Source of the DNA: Selaginella moellendorffii
Taxonomy: Eukaryota; Plantae; Lycopodiophyta
Assembly: GCF_000143415.4 (NCBI RefSeq)
Contig: NW_003314397.1
Coordinates: 186,001-250,000 of the forward strand
Direction of reading: 5' to 3'
Length of the DNA: 64,000 bases
Part shown: in pieces, positions 23,901-34,814 of the stretch
Layout of the letters: the number at the start of each line of letters is the position of its first letter
Numbering within the stretch: the stretch's first letter is position 1
Translations under genes and position numbers: made by a program
Notes under the pieces: model-generated
Told to the model about the DNA's origin: nothing
Seen by the model: only the letters and a program-made list of their open reading frames with translations
Databases searched by the model: none

Positions 23901-24113
23901 CGACAGCGATTCTGTCAACTGCATCATCGTTCAGGGCAGCCTCGTCCCTGATGGGAAAAAAACTGAGGAAATCAGGAGGCATGAGCTCGATCTTTGGCAT
24001 CCTGTGCTGATCGCCTGGGCCTCATCTCCCGCCAGCTCCTCTTTGTTCAGTTGTGCTAGCTACGATCCGGCTGGCACCGGCGCCACCGGCATTGTGCTCA
24101 TCCTCCTCCTCCA
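20990..24113 (-). pseudogene. MORC: MORC-family GHKL ATPase pseudogene (ends approximate)
   Basis: Motifs [68 protein letters not shown]. Lesions: stops in IG*YGN and KITL*N, missing DNGGG, and an insertion at 22778-23317. Confidence 0.88.
22778..23317. mobile_element. 540-bp non-autonomous TIR element (MITE, possibly Mutator-like)
   Basis: Left end ggggtagaatgcacaatacagcatccccc..tgcccc.tttgcc matches the reverse complement of the right end ggggagaaatacacaatatagcaccccc..tgcccc.tttgcc. AT-rich interior; no clear TSD. Confidence 0.75.
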
Positions 24114-24367
24114 TCCCCCTACACAAATTACGAGAACGACAGCGATATTAACGTTGGGTTATTCCCTTTTGTCAACACGAGATTTTTTGTGCAGCATTTC
24201 AGGGCGGACGTAGGCGATTGGCGTTCGTACCATTGGACACCTACGCAATGGTATTCTTTGCTAGGAAATTTTATCAAATCAAAACATGAAGGTGGACACA
24301 CCAAAGTTTCAGTTTTCTAATCTTAAATTGTGATTTATGTGGATCCTTGTGTTATGTTACGTTCGGA

Positions 24368-24646
24368 CTTCGGGAGTCTCCCAGGCTTCACGAGTACAAA
24401 TTTCAGGGTTCAGTTTTACATCTGTGGCGGTATTGTTCCTGAGTTCAACAAGAATGCAGATCGGTGTGTTTACCACGACGAGAATGTCTCAACCCACCTG
24501 AAGATTGCCGACCATGACATGAAGCACGCTGGTGGGATGGAGTTGGTCAGCCTGAGGCGCTTTAATGTCTCAGTCCGAGCTGAATAAGCGACTGGAGCTA
24601 CCAAGTTTATCATCTTTGAGGACTTCGTTCTAAGTAGAGGAGGGAA
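24368..24646 (+). pseudogene. Deleted fragmentary copy of the NTPase-nuclease gene segment 26893-27273
   Basis: Shared strings: gggagtctcccaggcttcacgagt, catctgtggcggtattgt, gaccatgacatgaagcac, tgaataagcgactggagct, tctttgaggacttcg. Confidence 0.9.
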
Positions 24647-24689
24647 GTGAGCTCGTGGAAAACTCTCTTTTGTCCCCCAGAGCCAGGAA

Positions 24690-25063
24690 ATCGTTACCCT
24701 GGAGAGTGAGCCTCTGCCAGGCAAGAAAACATCACAAATGACTTGACGAAGTTCCGAATACGGAGTTAAGGCAGCTGGCATTTGCATGTCGGCCATCCAA
24801 AGTCTCAGCTCACTCCTCCTGTGAGAAAGATTTGATTCCATTATGCGAGAAACGAAGTAGAAAGGAGTACCTTGTCCATCCCCGAATGCAAGGTGACTAC
24901 CATCAGGAGAGACGCATCAAGAAAACGAAGGAAGAAAACGCGATCCTGGGACCGGGTGGCAACCCGGTAACGAGACGATCAACCACAAACCCGTCGTGAC
25001 AAGGACGACTTGCCGAGGCCGACGTAGGAGGACCGGTGCGTGAGAGAGCGCAAAGAACACGTT
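24690..25063 (-). pseudogene. Decayed copy of CGEP exons and introns (pieces of ~19100-19160 and ~19945-20357)
   Basis: Shared strings: gagagtgagcctctgccag, cgaatacgg.gttaaggcag, cgaatgcaaggtgactaccatcagg, ggcaacccggtaacgagacg. Confidence 0.9.
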
Positions 25064-25067
25064 GCAG

Positions 25068-25270
25068 TACAGTAAAGCCTTCTGTAATGAACTGCGAAAA
25101 ATGATCTCTTTTTCTTTCCTGTAACAGAAAATAGCAGACGTCAGTTCATCGTCGAAAGCATCACACAAAATTATTACCATGCAATTTATACACATCTGCC
25201 TCGTCTCGCCAAACATTTCAGGATCGCCATAGACTTGATCAGCCACAGGACGGAACAAGCAGTTGCACAG
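25068..25270 (-). pseudogene. OTU-domain deubiquitinase fragment (two exons and an intron)
   Basis: NCLFRPVADQVYGDPEMFGETRQMCI..M | EKERDHFSQFITEGFT; the His-box half is absent. Confidence 0.8.
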
Positions 25271-26034
25271 CGACTGAACTTCCTCCTGCTTCACAGAAGC
25301 CAGTTTCAAAGCTTGCTTGTGACTCCCTTGTAGTTTGTTTATCTGGATAAAAACATATGAGAACGATTCAATCGGTGGCTGTTCTTTCTTGGCTAACCTC
25401 GTGGCGTTTCATCTCAAGAATCGCCTGCAAGAAAGAAACAGCGCTATGTTTATGCAAGAGGCTGAACGAAAAAGCTGATTACCTGATCGTTCTTCTGCGA
25501 TATGAGGTGTTTCTCAATGTGTCTTCTTTCCTGGCTTCTAACTTGCGAATCTTTTCCAAAGCCGCAGTCTTCTGAGCCGCAGATTCCTGCTTGTACTCGG
25601 TAGTCTCGAGCTTCGAGCTTCTTGGTCGCCTCAGCTAGTTCACATAAATGACAACGAAGAGACATGGTTTTCAAAACTATGAAAAGACGATACCTTGTTG
25701 GACTTGATTTTCACGAGGCTGACGAGACTCTGCTCCAAAGCTTGGTGTCTTCGCTGGGCTTTACTTTCAGCGTGGCATTCTCTGATTCTTAGCTTCCAGT
25801 GCTCGTATAGCTGCTCCTCCGCCTTGGAAAGCTTGGAGTTCTACAAAACAAGACGGAAATACAAACCGCGAATTCCATACTCTTGACGTCTTGGAGCATT
25901 TTCTCTGATCAAGCAAGAAGTCTTGAAAATATAGATCTTAAGCTCTTATTCTACTAAGTTTTTTATGATCGAAGGACGAAGGTTGCGGAAAATATCACCT
26001 GCCAACCTGGGCGCTGTAAACTATAAATCCTAAA

Positions 26035-27712
26035 GTGCCTTTCAAATATTTTTTGGATGATCGGATTTCCATTGTCCAAGGGGAAATCGATCAAGTCCAA
26101 GAAGAAATAGATAAGGTTGAGGAGCACCTGAAATCAACAGCGGATGCCCAGGATAAGCAGTTTCTGCAAGACAGAGTAAAGCGGTTATGGAAGGACAAGC
26201 AGCTGCTGCGCAAGGAGAAGCTTATCTTACTGCAGCGGAAGGGTAATGGAGTGGCTTCTTTCTTCATTTCTATCCTTACCTTCGCTTGCAGTGCCAACGT
26301 CAACGGAGCTGAGCTTGAGGGAGAGCGACTTCACCGTGAAGGATGGCTTCCTGAGTCTACCCTTCAAATTTAGTGAGGCTGAGATCTATGTTCGCGTTGA
26401 GTACAAGAGGCTGTTTCACAAGGTTTTCAACTCGGAGTACACGTTCACTCACATCTCTGGCAATCCGGGCATCGGCAAGTCATGTTGTTTGTGGTACTTC
26501 GTTTCACGGCTACGTGAGAAGCGCCAGGCGATTGTAGTGCAGCTCGTGGTGGCCCAACACTCCTACTTGTATTATTTCGATCCGAGTGGCAAGTGCTTCG
26601 AGGTACCAGATTTTGATGCTGCTTTAAGCTACCTTCAAATGCCGGGAACATGGTTGCTGGTTGACGAGAGGTTCACAGGCATAAGGAATTCCTTTGGCCG
26701 GTCTGTGCTCTTTGCCAGTCCAAACTCTCGGAATGGTGCTGTGTAGGCAGAAAAGACTATGGACGAGCGATACTTCACAGAGCTGCATATGTGCGCGTGG
26801 AAGCCCGCAGAGCTTCTAGTGTGGTGGAACAAGACATTGGGTGACGAGTTGCAGAGGACTGGATACACTTTAGCAGAGGCGGACAAGGGCTTGGGGAGTC
26901 TCCCAGGCTTCACGAGTGCTGCAAATTTCATGGCTCGGTTTTTCATCTGTGGCGGTATTGTCCGTAACTTCAAGAGCGACCTCAAGTGGGTGGTAGAGAA
27001 TGCAAATCGTGCGGTGTTTTACTACTACGAGAATCTGGCAGAGAACTTCTCAACCTACCACCGTGTGATTCCCGACCATGACATGAAGCACATTGGTGGA
27101 GTGGAGTTTGTCTCCTCCTGGTGCCTGAGGCGCTTTAACGAACTGTTTTATGAGTCCGAGGTGAATAAGCGACTGGAGCTCGTTAGCAAAACTATTTTTG
27201 TTCCAAGACTTGCTGCAGCTGCTAGAGGTGTCTTTGAGGACTTCGCTCATTCCATTCTACGTAGAGGGGGGAACTTCCGGTTGGCTGATGGTAGCATTAT
27301 CATCCTTCCACCGGCAACAATCAAGCATCACTATGGCAACAATTTCCCTTTTACCACCACGGACATGGACAAGTATGTTCTTCTTCCGAGCCAGAGCTAT
27401 CCGCTGATGGACGCGCTTGCTGGTAGGTTTAAGTATCTACTTCAAGTAACTTGTTCCAAGAGTCGGTCGCCCATGTGGAAGTCCGATTATGATTCGTTGG
27501 TTGACAAATGCAGACTGCTTTGTGGGAGGGAACCCATCTTCCTATTCGTCACTCCCGAAGGCAACTCCCAGATGCCGTATATCAAGCTCAAGGTGCCTAT
27601 GAAGGATACAAATGGGAACGTTTTGCGTACACCAAATGGACGGGTCTCGTTTTCAACGGAGGACTTGAAGCATTGGAATCGGATAATTCTCAGCAGATGT
27701 TGTTCCTCATAA
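26035..27712 (+). CDS. Crinkler/RHS (CR)-type protein: coiled-coil header + P-loop NTPase + restriction-endonuclease-fold domain; one in-frame TAG at 26744-26746
   Basis: A 49-nt GT-AG intron (26243-26291) joins the helical header in frame to Walker A 'ISGNPGIGKS' and Walker B 'WLLVDE'. The same-frame continuation has 'RGVFE..AH', 'PSQSYPLMDAL' and 'LLQVTCS'. TATA (ctataaat) at ~26021. Confidence 0.7.
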
Positions 27713-27920
27713 TTGCCTGGAGCTGAAGCAGGTGATGGAAGATATGGAGCTTGCTGCTAAGGAGGGACAACCTTTGTTTGCTGAAGAGGAAGGAGCCTGT
27801 TTACAATGTGGGAAGCCTGAAGGGGACGGGATAGAGTGCATGGTGTGCCAGAGTTGGTATCACCAGTCATGCGCGAGTCCCATCCCTCAACAGATGTTTG
27901 TTTGCGAGATCTGCAAGTAG
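27687..27920 (+). CDS. PHD finger (C4-H-C3) frame overlapping the end of the nuclease ORF
   Basis: CLQC-x9-CMVC-QSWYHQSC-x10-CEIC; the frame is open from 27687, overlapping the upstream ORF stop at 27710-27712. Confidence 0.75.
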   Translation, partial: FSADVVPHNCLELKQVMEDMELAAKEGQPLFAEEEGACLQCGKPEGDGIECMVCQSWYHQSCASPIPQQMFVCEICK

Positions 27921-27939
27921 AGTAAAGAGTGCTGGCGTG

Positions 27940-28850
27940 AGGTTCCACCCTGTAGAACACATTTCGAGAGAAGGAAATTCTTTTCGTCCTGCTCTCATCA
28001 CACCCCAAAGAAACCAGCCGATTGACATCTCCCGACGTGATCACGAGCTCGCCGGTAGCATACCAATCGACGACGTCTTCGCTCCAAAAGGTCCTGGTGC
28101 GTCCGGTCGTTGATGAGAGGTGGGAAATGGCGATGTGAGTGGTTCCTTGGGTGGAGGACCCCGAGCGCTTGGAACAATGCACACAATCAGCATCACGTAC
28201 GTATGCTGAAAGATGATGGCTTACGAATCGAACACGGTGTTAAGGCAGTTGTTTGGAGGTCCAATCAGCTCTCTGGCGTTTGCACGTCCGTGATCCCAGA
28301 GTCCCAGCTCAATCCTTGTCCCATCCTCCTGTGAGAAAGATGACTCCATTACGCAAGTTCAACCAGTATAAAGTTCGAAGAGTACCTTGTCCATCCCAAC
28401 GAGTGACTGTGCGACTTGGAAGACCCCTGCAAAGTTGATCGATCCTGGTAACCCGGTAACGAGACGTTCACTCCCACAAGCCCATCGTGGAGGAAGGACG
28501 ACATGCCGGGGCCGACGTAGGAAGGACGACCTGTGCGTTATGATAGAACTGCAAGTTTGGACAAGGAAAAGCAACGTAAAATCAATGCGAAGCCCAGCGA
28601 GCTTGAGCCCGGGACAAGACAGCGGTGGCAACGATGTTCACTTTTATGATCAGGATCGTCCATATTTCTCGATTTCGGGGGTTGATTTTCAAGAGAATAG
28701 GCTATACAACGAGAAAATCAGCTAGAGGGGAAACTAGGTGGAGAACTGGGTATCTTCCAACTAATAAAAACTCCAAGAGGAGACGATGGTCGGTTAATGC
28801 ACCATGACTTAAGCCTATTGGACTAGAATTCTTTGCTATGACAGGGAATT
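27940..28850 (-). pseudogene. Second decayed copy of the CGEP 5' half (~19300-20882), including introns and start region
   Basis: Shared strings: ttccaccctgta.aacacat, cttgggtggaggaccccgagcgct.ggaacaa, gatgatggcttacgaatcgaa, cagcggtggcaacga, ccat.acttaa.cct.ttggac. Confidence 0.9.
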
Positions 28851-29324
28851 TAGTCAAATCGAAACATCACGGTAGGTCGTGGATGGATCGACGGTTATTC
28901 CGGGACACAGCCACCAAACAACATTGGATGGGAATGCCATAGCTTCCAATCTCGATCTTAGCAAATTAATAGAGCCGGGCCACCACCACCACCACCACCA
29001 CCAAAGCGAATTAAATCAAAAGGAAGGAATGCTGGCAGCACAGCGCCGCTTGTACCCTACTCCACGTAAGATTTCTCATACTTAAGTTTTATGCCAAGTG
29101 CCCATCCCGGGTGACCGGCCCTAGCCGGTAACAAAGAGACGAACGCCGCACTACTCGCGAGAGAGAGAGACTCCTTCCTCGCTCACCGCCTCTAATGCCG
29201 CCCAGTAGCTAGGGTTGATCGATCCGCGGGTATTCCTTCCCTTCCACAGGTATGGCAATGGAGGCTTGATCGCGAATCGCGAATCGCGCGCCGCCGGCGA
29301 TTCGATCGATCGCAGCGAGGTCAG

Positions 29325-31486
29325 ATGAGGCCGGAAGCCCGGCGCTATCGCCAGAATGGAGGCGTGTGAGTACTCCTTGATGGGATTCTAGGCTAGCGGT
29401 TTGAAATGCTTGTGTTGTTGCGGCTTTGCCAGGGATGCCGAGCTCCAGCGCAAGCGCACCAATGACAAGAAGAAGGCCGACGAGGATGATATCTCACAGC
29501 CAGGAGGAGGAGGAGGAGGAGGTGGTGGTGGCGGTGGGGTGGCGCTGCCTGTGATAAGAAGCTTTGCTCTTCGGCTCCTGGTAGTCTTGTTATTTGCGGC
29601 AGCATCCATGACCATTCTTTTCGTTCCTACGTCTACCAGAAGAGGAACGTCGCGCTCTGAAGACTCGAGGTACCAAGTTCTCTATCTTGTTCATAGGATA
29701 TGTTTGAGTCGTTGCTCTCTTCCATTCCAGCTTCCAGGTCCGGGGATCCTTGCGCAACACCAGTGACGAGAAGCTCTTGCGCTGGCTGCAAGACACTGGC
29801 GAGCTGACGGCCTTGAGAAGCAGCCTGGACGTGGGTGGAGCTCTCAAGATTGGCCTCGTCAATTTCGACGACAAGTCGAGCACTCTTCCGTGGGAGGTTT
29901 TCAGCGGTGGAGAGACGCCCAGGTTGATACGCTTTGAGGCTGTCTCCGAGAACACCAGCTGGTCCGACCTCTACCCCGAGTGGATTGACGAGGAGGAGCG
30001 CTGGAACACCCCGACATGCCCACACTTTCCAATGCCTACGAGGCACAAGAACCTCAAGCTGCACCTTGTGGCTGCAAAGGTGCCTTGTGATCGAGCCAAG
30101 GATCCGAAAGACTGGACGAGAAGTGTCAAGCGCCTACACACGCTCCTCGTCGCAGCTAGAGTTGCTCTCGACACCGGCCAGGGTCAACAAGGCTACACGT
30201 ACGTGCTTCTCGACGACGAGTGCAGGCCATCTCCAAACATCTTCCCCTGCCGCGAGCTTGTCAGCCACCAAGGGAGTTTCTGGCTCTTCAAAGCCGACCT
30301 CAAGCGGCTCGAGAAGACTCTCGCGCTTCCTCCTGGATCATGCCAACTTTCGGTGCCGATAACGGGTACGTCACGTTACGTAGCAGTCTTTTCTGCTTTT
30401 TTCTTCTTCTTTTTTCTCGTCGGAAAGCCGCTGATCGTGCTCTAGATTGCAGGTAACCGGCGTGCACCCCGCAAGCATGCGTCACGAGAGGCCTACGCAA
30501 CCATCCTCCACTCAGCACAGTTCTACGTGTGTGGCGCCATCTCGCTCGCTCGGAGCATCCGAATGAGCGGGTCCAAGCGGGACCTTGTCATCCTGGTTGA
30601 CGAGAACATCCATCCGCATCACAGGGAGGGGCTCGAGGCAGCCGGGTGGAGAGTGATCCAGATCCAGAGGATCAGGAATCCCAAGGCGGAGCCCGAGTCA
30701 TACAACGAGTGGAACTACAGCAAGTTTCGGCTATGGCAGCTGACCGAGTACCACAAGCTGATATACATTGACGCGGACATCATCCTGCTGCGCAACATGG
30801 ACTTCCTCTTCCAGATGCCGGAGATCTCCGCGACGGGAAACCACGAGAGCATGTTCAACTCGGGCGTCATGGTGATCGAGCCATCCAACTGCACGTTTGA
30901 GATGCTCATGCAGCAGATCAACGAGGTGGAATCGTACAACGGTGGCGACCAGGGGTACCTGAACGAGGTGTACACCTGGTGGCACAGACTGCCGAAGCAC
31001 ATGAACTTCCTCAAGCACTTCGGCCTCAACGATAGCGAGGAGCTCGCGCACAGGTTGGAGCTGCTGGGAAGCGAGCCACCGGTGGTGTACGCGATGCACT
31101 TCCTCGGCCTCAAGCCGTGGCTGTGCTTCCGCGACTACGATTGCAACTGGAACCAGCAGAAGCTGCACGAGTACGCCAACGATGCCGCGCACGCTCGCTG
31201 GTGGAGAGTTCACGACAGCATGAGCAAGAAGCTCCAGGGCTACTGCCTCCTCCGCAGCAAGCAGAAGGCGAGCCTCGAGTGGGACAGGCGGCAGGCCGAG
31301 CAGCAGCGCTTCCCGGACGGGCACTGGCGGATCAAGATCAGGGACTCGAGGCTCCGGACGTGTTTCGAGGAGTTTTGCTACTGGGAGAGTATGCTCTGGC
31401 ACTGGGGCGAAGATCAGCAACAGCCTCCTCCTTCTCGTGCTGCTCTCGCGGACAACAATTCTGCTGCTGCTGTGGCCACCACCTGA
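29325..31486 (+). CDS. GT8 glycogenin-like / xylan glucuronosyltransferase (GUX/PGSIP-type)
   Basis: TM anchor, 'LYPEWIDEEE', 'REAYATILHS', 'YNEWNYSKFRLWQLTEY', DxD 'IDAD', 'GGDQGYLNE'. The start exon is inferred. Confidence 0.9.
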
Positions 31487-31673
31487 TCGAAAAAAGATAT
31501 TTTTTTGCGATCCAGATCTTTGATCTTTGATCCAAACTCTCGGGGTTTAGTCCGTAAGATCATGAGTTCCTACGTGGCTCCTCGAGGACCCAGAAATCGA
31601 GCTATCTATCTTGGAGTTGTGGGTTTAAGGCTGTTACTTAGTGATAGTGTAGGGTGTAGTGTAGCAAGGAAGA

Positions 31674-34482
31674 ATGGCGCTGGTTGCCGGCGCGGGCGCG
31701 TCTAGAGCTCCTGCATTGCAAGTGCTTGGCGATGGAGGAGGGGGAGGAGGAGGAGGAGCGAGCAGGGCAGCGCCCTGTTGGTTGCGTGCTTCTTTGCTCC
31801 AGCAGCAGCATGGCTATGGCTCCACCAGGGCTCCTCGATTGGTCACAGGCGCGGAGGAGTGGAAGGTCTCGGCTGTGAGGACAGACTTCGCGCCTCGGAA
31901 GAGAGTGACTACCACTTGGGAAGACGAGCAAACGGATGAGAGTGAGGAGGAGGATGGTAAGATTCTCTATGTGGATGATAGCGAGTTGTCCCAGCACTCC
32001 AATTCGGAGGACGAGGAGGAAGAAGAGGATGGTGTCCAAGGTGAGAGCAAGGCTGATGACGAGCTTGCAATTGCCGGGCTGGGAGTTTCGCAGGAGATTG
32101 TTGGCCACCTTGCGGACCGAGGCATCACGCACTTGTTCCCGATTCAAGTGAGTTAGAGAGATCTCAAGCGTGAGAGAAAGAGAGAGAGAGTTCTAAGTTT
32201 CTAAGTTCTATCCCGGCTTGTGCAACAGCGAGCCGTGTTCCAACCAGCGATGAAGGGCGTCGACCTCATTGCTCGAGCGAAGACTGGCACAGGGAAAACT
32301 TTGGCATTTGGAATTCCCATCATGGATCGCATCTATCGCTCGCGAAGCAAGTCTCAAAGGTGCTCCTCTACGATCATATCTTAGAACTTTGGTTGATAAC
32401 GCGAACTTTGCTTGTTCATGGCTTTCGCAGGAGATCTTTCAGAGGTCCGGCGGCCTTGGTGTTGGCTCCGACGAGGGAGCTTGCCAAGCAGGTGGAGACC
32501 GAGTTCATGGAGTCGGGCAAAGAGCTTGCGACAGTCTGCGTCTATGGCGGAGTTTCCATCATGTCTCAGAAGCGCTTGCTCTCTCGCGGTGTCGATGTTG
32601 CAGTGGGAACTCCCGGCCGGATCATCGACTTGCTGGAGCAAGGATGCCTGGATCTCAGTCAAGTGGAGTGCATGGTTCTGGACGAGGCGGACCAGATGCT
32701 GGCCGTGGGCTTCGAGGAAGACGTGGAGAAGATCATGGAGCAGCTCCCAGAGAAGCGTCAAAACATGCTCTTCTCCGCGACCATGCCCGGCTGGGTCCAG
32801 AAGCTCTCGAGAAAGTTTCTAAACAAGCCGCTTACGATCGACCTGGTACGTAGTCGTCGCGAAAGCAGTGGCAATCCTCTTAGCTAACGTAGACTTTGTT
32901 TTTCAGGTTGGCGAGTCCGACGAGAAGCTTGCCGAGGGTATCAAGTTGTATGCTGTCCAGACTTCACAAGCTGCGAAACGCAAGATCCTCAGCGACGTGA
33001 TCACGGTAACTATGATGCGTTTACATCATCTTCTTCGTTTTTGTTTTCTCATTTCTCTTGAATCGTGTGATCTCAGGTGTATGGCAAGGGAGGCAAGACG
33101 ATTGTCTTCACGCAGACCAAACGGGATGCTGAGGAAGTCTCCATGGCAATGAACAGAACTCTCGGTTGCGAGGCCTTGCACGGGGATATCGCACAGTTCC
33201 AAAGGGAGAAGACCTTGGCAGCTTTCCGAGAGGGGAGGTTCCTCATCTTGGTCGCGACGGATGTTGCTGCGCGAGGCCTGGACATCACGGACGTAGACCT
33301 TGTAAGTTTCGTTTTGTTTCCTCGAGAGCTCTCGAGAACATCTCTAGAAGTATCAGCTATGATCAAACCTCTGCGCAGATCATACACTACGACTTGCCAC
33401 GGGACTCGGAGACGTTTGTCCACCGATCTGGTCGAACTGGCCGGGCCGGCAAGGATGGCAGCGCTCTCGTTTTCTTCTCTCCGCAAGAGAGGAGGATCTT
33501 GAAACACTTTGAGCGACAAGTCGGCTGCAGCTTCCAGTTCAAGAGCATGCCGCATTTCGACGAGGTGCTCGCGGCGTCGTCCTCGCAAGCCGTGGAGCTC
33601 ATCAAAGGTGTCCATCCGGATCTCAAGCAAGTCTTCATGGCCACGGCGGAGAAGCTCTTGGAGGAGCATGGCACGGCCGCGTTTGCAGCCGCGATTGCTC
33701 ATATGAGTGGCTTCAGCCAGCCACCCGAGCAGCGATCTTTGATCTCCCTCGAGGCGGTAAGCTTTCGTTTCGTGCTTGTTCTTTAACTCATGGTGCTCTC
33801 TCCAGGGATACATGACTCTCAAGTTCTCCCGTGCTCCCGGGAACTTCCCGCTGGCTGTGCGGCACGTCGTGGGAGCCATCGCTAGCTTGTCCGAGAAGGC
33901 CGCGGACAACATTGGAAAAGTCCAGATGATCGACGAGAAAAATGTGAGTTTGTGAGATCGCAAGTTGTTCCAGCTCAAGAACTTTCTCTCTTTGCGTGCT
34001 TTACAGGTTGAGGGTGCTGTTTTCGATCTTCCGGAGCACATAGCCACGGATCTCCTCTCCAAGTCGATGCCTTCCGGCACTAGGATCGAGGCGATCAAAG
34101 AGGTTTTCTTTTTCTTCACTCGTTTGATCTCTCACCAACATTGCATGGCTCTCTCTCGCAGCTTCCAAGCCTCCAAGATTCCTGGGACGATGGCGGCCGG
34201 CGGAGCTATGGGAGCTCCTTTGGAGGCGACCGAGGAGGCGGCGGAAGGAGGCCAGCGTTTGGCCGGTTTGACGATTCCAGAGGAGGAGGAAGATACTCGA
34301 GCAATGGTAGGAGTTTCTCTTCGTCGTCTCGATTCGGCGAGTCGAGGGGCAGCAGTAGTAGATCATCGTCCTCTTGGGGTGGCGGCGGTGGCGGCGGTGG
34401 AAATTTTGATGGAGCTTGCTACAAATGCGGGCAATCTGGCCACCGCGCGTTTGAATGCAAGCAGCAGCGAGGAGGCTACTAG
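31674..34482 (+). CDS. RH3: Plastid DEAD-box RNA helicase RH3-like (GUCT domain, RGG region, CCHC knuckle)
   Basis: [37 protein letters not shown]-terminal [14 protein letters not shown]. Confidence 0.9.
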
Positions 34483-34814
34483 AAAGATTTTCTTCTTCTT
34501 CTCTCTTCTGCGCAAGAACAAAGAGAAAAAACAAAGAGAACGAACAAACAAAGAGAAAGAACTTTGTTACGTATAACATTTTAAAAGCTTGGGATAAACC
34601 CTAAGAATGGTGGGGAGCTGCGAATGCAACAAGCCGGCAAGAGCGATGGCGGTGGTAAGATCTCGCGCGCCGCCTACTCCCTCCGCGCCCCCATGCCCTA
34701 AATTCTGGCTTGCCAGGCTCTGCATTGTCCATAGTAGAGGGCGGAGTGACGCAATTCGTGGCGGGGATCGCCTTGGCACTCTTTCTCGCGCTCGATCATG
34801 CTGCTGGCGCTCTC

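Noticed and set aside
20990-27920. MORC + nuclease as a prokaryotic restriction/defence operon or contaminant
   Set aside because: Both have spliceosomal introns, the MORC is plant-type and dead, and they are on opposite strands among plant genes.
28879-29085. ORF with a His7 run resembling a His-tag
   Set aside because: (CAC)n microsatellite upstream of the GT8 gene; no vector sequence or coding support.
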